64,000 nucleotides of DNA from an uncultured Planctomycetota bacterium (GCA_963845755.1 CAWJTV010000005.1:320001-384000), one strand, 5' to 3'. Numbered from the stretch's first letter, positions 44,078 through 54,688 are shown. Notes: generated from the sequence alone by a model not told the origin. Made by a program: numbers and translations.

Positions 44078-46839
44078 TTAGTTGGCCCTGGCCGATGGGA
44101 CGGACACCGGGGCCCGCGGGCCCGCCGCTCGCTGGATTGAGATCACACGGCGGGAAATGTCATCGCTCGTTGTGACGGCCATCGCGGCCCGGAGCGCGGT
44201 CTGTCGCTGGCTCTCGTCGTTCAGTCGGCGAGCAATCTCGGCCAGGTTGAACCACCACGAACGGCGGATCAGGTCGTTATCGACCAGGTCGATCGCTTGC
44301 CGGTATTCCTGTTCGGCGTCCTTCAATCGCGAGACCAGGGCGAGAGCCTCCGCACGTGCGGCGATCTCGCGGGGATCGGCCGATCCGCCATCTGACCGGG
44401 AGACCTCCCTCTTCAAGATCAAATCGAGGAATGTGTCGGCCTCATTGAGGCGCGACTCGCGGAGGAGACGGGCCGCCGCGATCCAGACCGTCGGATTCCG
44501 TGGAAGGGCCTTTGACCACTCGCGGAATGTCCACTCGGCCCGAGTGGACATCTCAGCGATGATGTCGCGCACCGCGTCTTCACCCGGAAGGAGATAGCGT
44601 TGCGCGGCCAACTCGCCATGGAAGCGCGGCGTGGCGGTCCGAGTAAACCCGCTCGACGCCGCGACCTTGAGAGCCTGCTCATAGAGTCGGAGCGCCGCGT
44701 CCTTCTTTCCTTCAACCAGGAGCCGGCGAGCACTCCACGCCAGACTCACGGAATCCCGGCTAAGGACCAGGGTGCGGGACGACGCCGGACCCCGGCCACC
44801 GGGAGGCTCGGCCTGCGCCAGAGCCAGACGTGCCGTCGGGTTCAGGGGCGAGATCTCCAGAGCACGCATCAAGATGGGCTTGACGTCCGCAGAGGGACGT
44901 TCCGCACCGCCTTCTCGCAGAAAGATCGCCCAGTGGGCGAGATGCTGAGCGGTCGTCGTCAACCATCGTCCGTCCGGCAGGACAACCGAAGGCGGCAAGG
45001 CTTTGCGCTGGCCGGACCCGTCGGGCGCCATCAGCCTCTGGGCTACGATGGCCGCCGAGGAGGCATCGGACGTCCAGAACGCGGAAAGCACGCACGCCCC
45101 AAGGCCGGCGAGCAGGACGGCGACCGCCAGCGGAGGCCAGGCCAGCCAGACGGGAAGCAGCCACTGACCCGGCTCTCGAGGCACGGTCGGAATCGGCTGT
45201 GCACCACGCCGGGCTCGCATCACGGCCGGCTTCGGACCTGAGCTGGCCCGGTGATTCGCCAGGATGTCCCTGACCGAGGGCCAGACGAGCTCATCGGACC
45301 TCGGACCTGTGCCGCGATAGTCCGTTTCGGAGCCCGTCAGCTCGCCCGACCCGTTTCCTCGACTTTCTTCGAGGAGACCCTGCGAGCCGATTCGAGTCCG
45401 TTCCGCGCGCCGATTCCGAGGATCACCCGTCGCTGTGTCGGCTCGAGTCGTCGAGTCCGGCATCCGAGACACCGAGTTCTCGCTGGCCATCGACGCGATC
45501 GCTCGGGTCCGACTCGCCGAGGCTTTCTTGTGGCACGCTGGAGATCGCTTCCTCAACTCGACCGATTTCCACCGGCTGGGGATCGGACTCGAGTTCTTCT
45601 CCCACGATCGCGGGACCGGGAACGTCGTTGTCACGATGGGATTCCACAGTCCCGATTTCCGATTCCCTAATCGGCTCTCGGATCTCGCCAATTTGGTATT
45701 CGTGCGAATCCCCGAGTTCGACCGCAACCTCGATCGGGTATCGGATATCGAGAATCAAGGGGTCGGGATGATCGATTACGGCTCCGTCCCTCTGAGACGA
45801 TTCCGAGGCCGTTTCGGGCCCGGACGCCGAGGTTGACTTTTCCCGCAGATCGGAGTCGGAACGGACCTCAATCGGCGCCTCGTGCTGAGCGAACCCGCGA
45901 CGCGCTTCCCTTTCCGTCGGTCGCTCGCGGGCCATCCAGTCGGCCCATGAGGGTGAAGGTGCAACTGGCAACGGCGGTGATGGTTCGACAGGTCTGTTCC
46001 AGGTTGACTCGAAACGGGCTGCAACCGACTTCGGCGCTGACCGGACAGCCCGATCGAGATCCGGTTGCGGGCGTCCCGCCGTGTCGAGCGCGACAGGGGG
46101 CTCTTGTGTCCGGAGTGGAGTCCGAGCTGGCTCGAACCTGGGAACGCTCGACGTGGGGACTTGCCGCGATTTCGTATCGATCAGCGGCGTGGATGCGGTT
46201 GACGGGCGAGGCGCGGCGGATGGCCGCTCTTGCATCGGAATGGCGTCGAACCTCGATGGCGAGGGCCCCACAGGCCCCTCCCCTCCGACCCGAGATCCCG
46301 ATGCACGTGACTTGAGATGAGATTCAGCCGCCTTCCACCTTGCTTCCCACCGGCTCCGGTCAGGATCCGATCGAGACGCACCGCCGAGGGCCCCGGAACG
46401 TGGCGGCACCGAGACGCTGGACCGGTCTCGATCCTCGATGGCGCTGACTGACGAGCTCGACTGGAAATTCAGGAATGGGAATGGCGAGAGCGTACGATGG
46501 GGACGACGGATAGATCTCCCAGACGGGTTCGGCGGCGACATCGTGCTTCACCGTCAAGCAGTACTGGCCGATCAGGAACGGGACATCAAACGGCAACGGA
46601 CAGGGACTCTTGACCGGCCGGCCCTCCAGAACCACGAGATTTCGCCCACCGGTCGGTACCAGGCTCCAGGTCCGTCCTCGTCGCGTGAGCCGGCAGGTCT
46701 CCTCGGGGAGATCCTCGCCGGAGAGCCGTACCTCGCAGTACGCGGCCCGGCCGATCCGGACCGAAATCCAGGGCAGCTCCACGACGCGAATCGGACCCGA
46801 TTCACGATCCTGGATGTGGAGACAGGCGGATTCCGGCAT
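44078..46839 (-). CDS. FHA-like N-terminus, disordered linker, TM helix and TPR-like C-terminus (two frameshifts)
   Basis: VRIGRAAYCEVRL...N.V.LEG...IG FHA-like start; Pro/Ser-rich linker; TM; ALEISPLNPTARLALA and EYRQAIDL helices. Confidence 0.6.
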
Positions 46840-46882
46840 GATGGGATCGACTCCTCCTTGAGCCCAGGCAGCGGGGGATCCT

Positions 46883-48454
46883 TCACCCTCGCGCGACGAA
46901 CAGGTCCGTGCCTCCGGCCAGCCATCGGTTCCACGTCCCGCCGAGTGCGCTGGCCGAGATGGCCACGGCGGGCAGTTCGACCGTCCAGTGCAGGACGGAC
47001 CATAGACTAAACCCCAAGGCCGCTCCAATCAAGCCGTAAGCCAGCGCACGATCGGCGGACCCAACCCGTCTCAGCGAACCGAACACCCGGCAGATCGACC
47101 AGATTCCGGCTGCCGCGATGAGCGACAGACCAGCCCATCCCGCTTCGACCCCACATCGCAACACACTGCTCATGACGAGTCCGGAAGAGACGTCCTGCGT
47201 CTTGAAGTAGGCATGGATCGTGCGGAAGGTGCCGAATCCGGTGCCGAGTACGGGGAAGTCCCGGAGGATCGGCAAGCTCTCGGTCCAGAAGAGTCGGATC
47301 GCTTCCCAGGAGACCGACGCGACCGGGGGCTGTCCACCGAACGAGACGGACCAGGTCGCGGTCAACGTCGCCCCGAAGCCGATCGCACCCAGGAGAAACA
47401 TGGTGAGGCCGATCGCCGACCAACGGTTTCCCGGTACGGCCGCGGTCGGCAAGCCCACCACCGCTACGGCAAGCGCGAACGGCAGGCAGAGCCAGGGACC
47501 CGCGATCAGCCCCCCGAGGAACGCGCCAGCCGCCAGGAGAGTGACCAGCAACACGGCCAGCCCTCCCAGGCCCGAGTGCCGAAGTCGCTCGCCAAGACCC
47601 TCGCGACTCCCGCGCGGGGCCAGTAAGTGAAGCACGATCGCCATCGCCAGAGGAAGGGCCATCGATCCCATCGCCAGCATCGCGACCGGCCCGCCCATCA
47701 CGGTCCCGAAAAGGAACGGTCGATCGGGAATCAGAAGGACCTTCTCGAGTTCGCCTTTCTCCGCGCGTTCGGGCGACACCAGCCGGTGCAAGGCGGCCGG
47801 GACCGGGGACTCGAGTAAGTCGTCCACAGTGGGGCCCCACGCGTTCGCACGCTCTGGCAGGACGAAACCGAACAGCCCTTCGGTCTGACCGCTGATCTGA
47901 ACGACGCCAAGCGCCACGTTTAGCAGGAATCCCGCGGCCACGGTCCCCCAGACCCAGTAGAGCCGGCCCAATCGATCGACATAATGCGAAACCGTCCAGA
48001 AGATTGCCAGGCACATCGCGGCGCCCACGAGCCAGTGCAGGGTCGCGCCCCGATCGAGCGTGGCAGGTGATCGAACCTCGGCGGGCGTCGGAAGAACGGC
48101 CGTGGGATCATCCGCCAGAACCAGGCGCGACCAGGTCCCGGTCCCATAGACTTCATGTGCGACCGGCGAGACCCACCGCGCCAGCCGCGCCGGAAGCGAA
48201 ACCAACTGAACCATCCCCAGCGCCAGGACGAGGAGCCCGAGAAAGGTCAGGGGGCTCTTCAACATCGGCATTCGACCTTGCACGAGGAGTTGCACGAGTC
48301 GAGCCACGACCATCAGGAACGTCAACCCCGTCACCGCCGACGGAAACCACCATACCGCCCCACCGAAGCATAACACGCTGCCGAGCACCAGCGCCGTGAG
48401 GGCGACGGCGATCACGCCATCGGTCATCGCTACGATTCTTTGACGCACGTCCAT
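46883..48454 (-). CDS. O-antigen ligase / O-oligosaccharyltransferase-like (Wzy_C) membrane protein
   Basis: About 12 TM helices; W......DFPVLGTGFGTF motif; late His in LHWTVELPA. Confidence 0.7.
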   Translation of the reverse strand: MDVRQRIVAMTDGVIAVALTALVLGSVLCFGGAVWWFPSAVTGLTFLMVVARLVQLLVQGRMPMLKSPLTFLGLLVLALGMVQLVSLPARLARWVSPVAHEVYGTGTWSRLVLADDPTAVLPTPAEVRSPATLDRGATLHWLVGAAMCLAIFWTVSHYVDRLGRLYWVWGTVAAGFLLNVALGVVQISGQTEGLFGFVLPERANAWGPTVDDLLESPVPAALHRLVSPERAEKGELEKVLLIPDRPFLFGTVMGGPVAMLAMGSMALPLAMAIVLHLLAPRGSREGLGERLRHSGLGGLAVLLVTLLAAGAFLGGLIAGPWLCLPFALAVAVVGLPTAAVPGNRWSAIGLTMFLLGAIGFGATLTATWSVSFGGQPPVASVSWEAIRLFWTESLPILRDFPVLGTGFGTFRTIHAYFKTQDVSSGLVMSSVLRCGVEAGWAGLSLIAAAGIWSICRVFGSLRRVGSADRALAYGLIGAALGFSLWSVLHWTVELPAVAISASALGGTWNRWLAGGTDLFVARG

Positions 48455-48599
48455 GTTGCATTTCTCCGGAGAGGCTTCGCGACGTCTCCTGGAATCGTCC
48501 TGTGCAGGGTGCCCGTTCCGTGCTCGTGCCTGGCAAGTTCGCGTTTGAAGGCTCTAAGCCCGAGTTTTCAATCCTCGACTAGCATGATTCACGTATGTT

Positions 48600-48655
48600 G
48601 AATTTTCAATCTGGAATTCAGAGTCTTGAATTCGGAATCCGGAATCTCGAATTCC
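48600..48655. repeat. Eight-unit degenerate heptamer array (GAATYYN)
   Basis: GAATTTT CAATCTG GAATTCA GAGTCTT GAATTCG GAATCCG GAATCTC GAATTCC. Confidence 0.8.
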
Positions 48656-48667
48656 TCCTGGGCCGCC

Positions 48668-50890
48668 TCAACTCTGGCCGGCAAAGGCCAGGGCGTTCTC
48701 GACCCTCATCGGAACCTCGAACCGATCGGCCGGAGCCAGGGCATCACCGTAACCGTAGCTGGACCAGTTCTCCAGGTCCTCGGTCAGTCCATTGAAGACG
48801 ACTCCCGCGATGGCCACGTGCGACTGTTCGAGCATGGCCTTGGCCCGGTGCAATGTCATCAGGTGGTGCGAGCCGGACCGAACGACCAGCAGCGAGGAAT
48901 CGACGATGCGGCCGAGGAAACGGCAGTCGGCGAGCCCGAGCACCGCGGGACCGTCGAGGATCACCCGGTCGTAATGGTGCGAGAGGGCCAGCAGCAACTG
49001 TCGCAACTCGAGTGTGCCGAGGATCTCGATCGGTGTCTCGCGCGTGTCTCCGGTCGAGATGAAGTCGAGATTGGGGATTCGGGTATGGTGCAGCGTACGC
49101 TGCCAGGGCAGCTCGCCGCGAAGGACGTTGACCACCCCGGGGGCAGCCTTCGCATCCTCGTCCTCGATGAAGACCTCCGCCAGGGTGGGCCGCCGGAAAT
49201 CGATGTCCATGAGCAAGGTCCGCTCCCCGGCGAGTGCGCAGGTGGCCGCGAGGTTCAGGGCGGTCGTGCTCTTCCCCTCACCGGCCTTGGCGCTGGTCAC
49301 GAGGAGCGTCACGATCGGGCCTCGCCGATCGGAGATGCCCAGCAGGCTCGCCCGGACGTTCCGGTACGCATCGGACGCCAGCGAGTCGGACGCCCCGGGC
49401 GTCCAGAGATGCCGGCCCCGCTGGGTCAAGGCCGTCCGGCGGATCCGAGGAACCACTCCCAGCAACGGCAGCGTCAGACCGTGGCTGACGTGTTCGGGCA
49501 CCTTGACCGAGTGGTCGATGTGTTCGAGCAGGCACACCAGGCCGATCCCCATTCCCACACTCAGGACCAGGGCCACGACAATCAGGAGCGGGCGGTTGGG
49601 CTTGATCGGCTCCCTCGGTTCGTTCACGCTCGGCTGGAGCTTGACGAAGTCTTTTTCCGTCAGGGAATGCGAGAGGATGTCGAACTCCGCCAGCCGCAGC
49701 TCCATGGCGCCGACCTGTCGTTGTTTTTCCCGGCGATCTTCCATCATCGTCAGCACCCGCTGGTGGATCGGCAGCGTCTCCTGCATCTTCTTCAGCAGTT
49801 CCTGGTGCGTTTCCTTGTCCGACTCGAGTTCCTTGCGATACTGCTCCATGATCGTCTCGGTCGCATTCGCAGCGGGCCGATTCCCGATCTTGCGAATTTC
49901 CTCCATCTCGTCCATCACTTCGCTGAGGTAGTCCGACCAGGCGATCGCGGACGGATCGTTGTCGAATTTGCGCGTGACTCGCCGGATGCCCTTGAGCACG
50001 CGAATGCCCTTCCGCCGTTCCATCTCGAGCTGCGCCAACCGCGACGCGCGCGCCCCCGACTCTCCGCTCACGTCCAGCTTCGGAAACATCTCGGCGAGCA
50101 TCATCTGCTGGCTCAGCTCGCCGATCCGAATCTGCTTCTGATTCATGAGCGTACTCTGATTCACGTATTGTTCTTCGATGATGCTCTTGCCTCCGGCCCC
50201 GATCGTACTCTGGCTATCCTTGAGCGCGGTTTCGATGGCGAGGTCTAGCTGTTTGAGCTCCTTAACGAGCTGGGCCACGTTCTGCTGCGCGTAGACCTTC
50301 GTGGCCGCGATCCGGTCGGCATTCTCCTCCTTGGTCTCCTTCTGGAACTCGTTGAGTAGCGCCTCCAGGAGCTTCTTGGTCTGCGCGGCGTCCCCGCCTT
50401 CGAGGCTGACGATGAAGGTATTCCCATTCTTGTACACCGGAAGGATATTCAGGCTACGGAAGAGCTCGGCGGCAGGGTCATCGTACTGGCTAAGCTGCGG
50501 TGCCAGGGATCGCTCGCGGACGACCCGCTCGTGGAGCGCGGTACTCTTGAGCATGGCGGCCCGGGCGGGGATATAGCGGTCCTCGCTCCCGCCGTCGCGA
50601 CGACCAATATCGTGCGAGACCAGCGTCGAGAGCGTCGGATCGTAGTCGGGCGCATTGATCTCGATCTCGGTCTTGAGGAGGTAGACCCGAGGAAGGCGGA
50701 GGATGTAGATGCAAGCGAGGCTCGCGATCGGCACGGCAATCGCCAGGACCATCCACACGCGCCTCCTCAGGGCACGCAAGTAGTTCGAAGGTGTCTTGAC
50801 GACGGCCGGGTTGATGGTCAACGGCGCGGTCGAGGTTCGAGGTGGACTCGGGGTCGAGGGATAGGCTGGATAGCTCGGCATACCGTCCAT
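48668..50890 (-). CDS. wzc: Wzc-like polysaccharide co-polymerase / tyrosine autokinase
   Basis: Two TMs around a coiled coil, Walker A GEGKST, DIDFRRP, ILDGPA, short C-terminal Tyr cluster SYGY. Confidence 0.9.
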   Translation of the reverse strand: MDGMPSYPAYPSTPSPPRTSTAPLTINPAVVKTPSNYLRALRRRVWMVLAIAVPIASLACIYILRLPRVYLLKTEIEINAPDYDPTLSTLVSHDIGRRDGGSEDRYIPARAAMLKSTALHERVVRERSLAPQLSQYDDPAAELFRSLNILPVYKNGNTFIVSLEGGDAAQTKKLLEALLNEFQKETKEENADRIAATKVYAQQNVAQLVKELKQLDLAIETALKDSQSTIGAGGKSIIEEQYVNQSTLMNQKQIRIGELSQQMMLAEMFPKLDVSGESGARASRLAQLEMERRKGIRVLKGIRRVTRKFDNDPSAIAWSDYLSEVMDEMEEIRKIGNRPAANATETIMEQYRKELESDKETHQELLKKMQETLPIHQRVLTMMEDRREKQRQVGAMELRLAEFDILSHSLTEKDFVKLQPSVNEPREPIKPNRPLLIVVALVLSVGMGIGLVCLLEHIDHSVKVPEHVSHGLTLPLLGVVPRIRRTALTQRGRHLWTPGASDSLASDAYRNVRASLLGISDRRGPIVTLLVTSAKAGEGKSTTALNLAATCALAGERTLLMDIDFRRPTLAEVFIEDEDAKAAPGVVNVLRGELPWQRTLHHTRIPNLDFISTGDTRETPIEILGTLELRQLLLALSHHYDRVILDGPAVLGLADCRFLGRIVDSSLLVVRSGSHHLMTLHRAKAMLEQSHVAIAGVVFNGLTEDLENWSSYGYGDALAPADRFEVPMRVENALAFAGQS

Positions 50891-50917
50891 GATCGCCTCC
50901 GTGACGATTTCGTGGGC

Positions 50918-52636
50918 TCACCAGCGTGCGGGAGCATTCGAGCCGGTCAAAGGGTTGACGGCCGTCCGTGACCTCGACGTCGCCGGGAAAACCCGAGACC
51001 CGATCCGACCGAGGGCCCGGCCCAGGCGTCGTCGTATCGCGGGTACCGCCGTCTCCCCCCGGTCAGTCGGCCGATCGCCATTCGCGGTATCCGCCGCCGA
51101 GTTCGGCTCGTGCCGATCCTCGGCCGGGGCCGCTTCTTCGATCCGCTCCAGCCGGTCGGACAGTGCCTGTCCCAGCCGCTGCATATAGCGGAAAACGATG
51201 TCGGCAGCGAGCGGCGCCTCCGCTCCCAGCCCGAGGCTCACTGTGATCCAGGGGCTGCGACTTCCGGAGAGTCGAAAGACCGCTGAGGGCCGCGACAACG
51301 GCTCATCTTCGACCGCGGGCCCTTCCCACTCGGATGGCCCCGGTGGCCCCGTGGGTAGTCTTTCAATCCGGACTTGCTCACACCCCAGTCCATAGCCGGC
51401 CTGCTCCATGATCTCGCAGGCCGAGGTCGCCGTCGGGCATAGCTCGATCCGCTGGATCGCTTCCCACGTCAGTTTGGCGGCTTCCCGCTGCTGGCGGCGA
51501 CGCGATAATCGGTCCTGGAAGTCGTCGCACAGGTTTGCCAGCTCATCCCGGCGGCTGGTCACGATCAGGAGGAATGCGAGACAACCAAAGACCCCCAGGA
51601 CCAGCGTCAGGTATTCATTGCGCCGCGCCACGCCGAGCATGACCACCCCACAGAGGAACGCCGAGAAGCAATAGAGCATCAGTGCGGCCTGGCGGGGATT
51701 CAGTCCCAACCCGATGAGGATATGATGGACATGCCGGCGGTCCGCGGCGCTGAGTGGCAGATTTCGGACCCACCGCCGGAAGATCGCCATTGCGGTGTCC
51801 GAGATCGGCAGTCCCATCGCGACGATTGGAAAGAGGATGGACATGGCCGAAGGGCCTTCCATCGAACCTTGCACCCCGATCACACCGATGAGCAGCCCGA
51901 TCAGCAGGCTGCCGCTGTCCCCGAGGAAGATGCAGGCGGGGTGCCAGTTGTACAGCAGGAACCCGGCCAGGCTCCCGGCCAGCGCGACCGCGAGCACGGC
52001 CGCGTCGACGTTCCCGCTGTGGATCGCCACCAGGGTCAATGTCCCGCTGACGAGAAGGCCCACGCCGGCCGCCAGCCCGTCCATGCCGTCGATGAGGTTC
52101 CAGATGTTCATACACCCCAGGAACCAGAACAGGGTGACGAGCAGACTCGGGAGGGCCAGGTTGACCGGGAAACCCAGGAGGCTGAAGCGGATCGCGGGAA
52201 AACCCAGGTCGAGGTTGAGATTGAGAAACTCGACCGAGTGGATGCGAATCCCCCCGAGGTAGAGGGTGAGCACGGCCAGCGCCTGGCCCAGCAGCTTCAT
52301 CCGCGGCCCGAGCGAACGCGTGTCGTCGATGAACCCGAGGATCAGGATCACCATCGCCGCGATCAAGAGCGAACCATGATACGGGATCTCGAAGCCGCCG
52401 GCCGCGCGGAAGCCCATCGATTCGTCGAGGTGCGTCAGCACCGTCGCCGCCCCCACGCCAAAGGCCAGCGCCAGACCGCCCAATCGGGGAATGGCACCCT
52501 GGTGGATCCGCCGGAAGTGATCCGGCCGGTCGACCGCACCCACGCGGTTGGCCACCCACGTGACCAGCGGCGTGGCGAGCACGCACCCCAGCATGGCGAA
52601 GGCGAAGATCGTCAGGTAGATGTTGGAGATCATCAT
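50918..52636 (-). CDS. MraY/WecA-family initiating phosphoglycosyltransferase with C-terminal extension
   Basis: IPRLGG, GFIDD, NLIDGMDGLA, FLGDSGS, ADRRHVHH. Confidence 0.92.
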   Translation of the reverse strand: MMISNIYLTIFAFAMLGCVLATPLVTWVANRVGAVDRPDHFRRIHQGAIPRLGGLALAFGVGAATVLTHLDESMGFRAAGGFEIPYHGSLLIAAMVILILGFIDDTRSLGPRMKLLGQALAVLTLYLGGIRIHSVEFLNLNLDLGFPAIRFSLLGFPVNLALPSLLVTLFWFLGCMNIWNLIDGMDGLAAGVGLLVSGTLTLVAIHSGNVDAAVLAVALAGSLAGFLLYNWHPACIFLGDSGSLLIGLLIGVIGVQGSMEGPSAMSILFPIVAMGLPISDTAMAIFRRWVRNLPLSAADRRHVHHILIGLGLNPRQAALMLYCFSAFLCGVVMLGVARRNEYLTLVLGVFGCLAFLLIVTSRRDELANLCDDFQDRLSRRRQQREAAKLTWEAIQRIELCPTATSACEIMEQAGYGLGCEQVRIERLPTGPPGPSEWEGPAVEDEPLSRPSAVFRLSGSRSPWITVSLGLGAEAPLAADIVFRYMQRLGQALSDRLERIEEAAPAEDRHEPNSAADTANGDRPTDRGETAVPAIRRRLGRALGRIGSRVFPATSRSRTAVNPLTGSNAPARW

Positions 52637-53868
52637 GGACCCGATCATCTCCACGAGAATCGATCGATTGCAAGATACCACGGGCGAGACACCGGATCCG
52701 CGCAGCGGGCTCGGTCGCGGTCGATCCGGTCGGGCTGGTCCCCATCACGGTGCGACCTGTTCCGCCCGGTCGGACGTGCCCTCCACGGGGCGGCTTTGTC
52801 GCACTGGCAAGACCACCGGCTATCGGGAAGCCTCGTGCCTCGGTCGGCTCGTCGACGGGGCGCCCGGGTCAACCGGCAGCGGCACGCTGGTCGGAAGCGG
52901 CGTGTGGTGCAATCCGATGCATAGGGGATGAAGCAGACCACGATTAGGCTCGTCTTCCGTGACTCGTGCGGGTGCGGCCCATTCCTGAGCATCCGTCTCA
53001 GGCGGCGGGCATCTGGGTGGTCGCAGTATCCCCGCTGGCTCCCTGCCGGTCAAGGTGGATTCCCCATGCAGTCGTAAGTCATTACCCTCCCTTGATTCGC
53101 AACGTGTCCAGCCTCCGAATTCCCGACAATGTGAGCGGAAATGGGGATACCAGGTGGTCCTGAGATGTCTCGTCCGACCCTTGCTTGGTGAGAGCAACCC
53201 ACGAGCCAGTGATCGGTCGATCAACCGGGTCGGAAACGAGAATGTCGTCCTCCGGACGGTCTCCGTCAGCATGCTCGCGTTCGTCAAGTCCTGACGCGGG
53301 AATCCTCCGTTGAGAGGGGAAGCAAGAAGCAAGTGGGTTGATCCCAGACGGGCGGGCCGATGGGTGGCAGGCTCGGCCGCTTCAGGGGTGGGAGAGGACT
53401 GGTCCGGACCTGAGTCCATGCATCGAAATACTCCTGGTTGTTGATCGTGCTGCCCGCACCACCGGGTAAGTCCCAGCATTGCCGTAACGGCGATCGTAGG
53501 CGGACCGAGCTGAAGCGGAACAGCCGCTCGATTGAGGTGCATCCCATCGGTGCTTCGGGGATCGCAGTATACCTCGCGAATCCGACTACTCAACTCGACG
53601 TGCCTTTCTGTAATCATCCCGAGGGATTCGGAACATGTAATCGGTCACATGAATCCTGCGATCAACACGTTTTCGGTTCTGCTTCACAAAGCCCGCCGTG
53701 TCGCGTCTAGTCTTGAGATTGGAAGAGTGTGAGCGAGAGCCTCGGCGCTCGATGGGATTGCCATGGAGCGTTCCTGGATTGATTCGCTGATATTCAACCG
53801 GCCCAATGCGCGTTGGGCAAGCTTGATCAATGAAGCACACACATTTCCACAACGAGAGACCCACATCT

Positions 53869-54585
53869 ATGGCTCACAAGCTTCTCCGTACCTCTGTGGC
53901 GACCGGCGTGCTATCGCTCCTCTTCCTGGGTATGAGTCCCGCCGCACGAGCGGGCATCATCATCAGTGCCTCGGTAGGCGGTGCCCCGACGGGAGTCAAC
54001 TATGCAAATTTCGATAACCTGCCGCTAAACAATACGGGTGGCGTCAGTAACGGAGTCACTGTGTCTTTCGGCGGGGATGCCCAGGCGGTGCAGGGCTCAT
54101 CATCGGGAGTGTTTGCCGCTCCCTATCTCTCCAGCGGCAACGGTACACTGTTCGGTGATCCCAATAACGGGCCCGACACGACGACCTACCTCACGACCGG
54201 CATCGGCTCGGTTACTCTCAATCTACCGGGCGAGGAGATGTATATCGGCCTTCTTTGGGGTTCCGTGGACGCCTACAACACGCTGAGTCTCTACGATGGT
54301 GCCAACCTGGTCGGGACGATCACGGGGACCGACGTGACGTCCAATGCCAACGGCGATCAAGGCGAATTTGGGACGTACTATGTGAATATCAATTCCACGA
54401 CGGATTCCTTTGACAGAGTCGTGGCCACGAGTTCGTCATACGCCTTCGAGTTCGACAACGTCGCATTCAACCCGACAGCGGTTCCAGAGCCCTCCTCGTT
54501 CATCCTGATGTTCGTCGGGGCGATGGGTTTGGTCACCTATAAGCAACTACGTCGGAAGGCTTTGGCGACCGCGGGCAATGTCTGA
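53869..54585 (+). CDS. PEP-CTERM surface protein (Npun_F0296-like)
   Basis: Signal peptide; YIGLLWGSVDAYNTLSLY...AFEFDN core; VPEPSS, hydrophobic helix and KQLRRK tail. Confidence 0.9.
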   Translation: MAHKLLRTSVATGVLSLLFLGMSPAARAGIIISASVGGAPTGVNYANFDNLPLNNTGGVSNGVTVSFGGDAQAVQGSSSGVFAAPYLSSGNGTLFGDPNNGPDTTTYLTTGIGSVTLNLPGEEMYIGLLWGSVDAYNTLSLYDGANLVGTITGTDVTSNANGDQGEFGTYYVNINSTTDSFDRVVATSSSYAFEFDNVAFNPTAVPEPSSFILMFVGAMGLVTYKQLRRKALATAGNV

Positions 54586-54633
54586 TGCCGCCAGACCTTC
54601 CAGGACCGGGGATGCAGTGATTCATGGCAGTGC

Positions 54634-54688
54634 AGAGGGCGTCGGGAGTCGAGGTCAAATCCCTCGGTTCTCACGCCTTCTCTCTGCT
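54634..54688 (+). terminator. Long hairpin after the PEP-CTERM gene, possible terminator
   Basis: GAGGGCGT-C-GGGAGTCGAGG...CCTCGGTTCTC-ACGCCTTC stem with G-U pairs; no clean U-tract. Confidence 0.35.

Noticed and set aside
52820..53617. 265-aa minus-strand ORF
   Set aside because: No recognisable motifs, no RBS, and composition typical of non-coding frames
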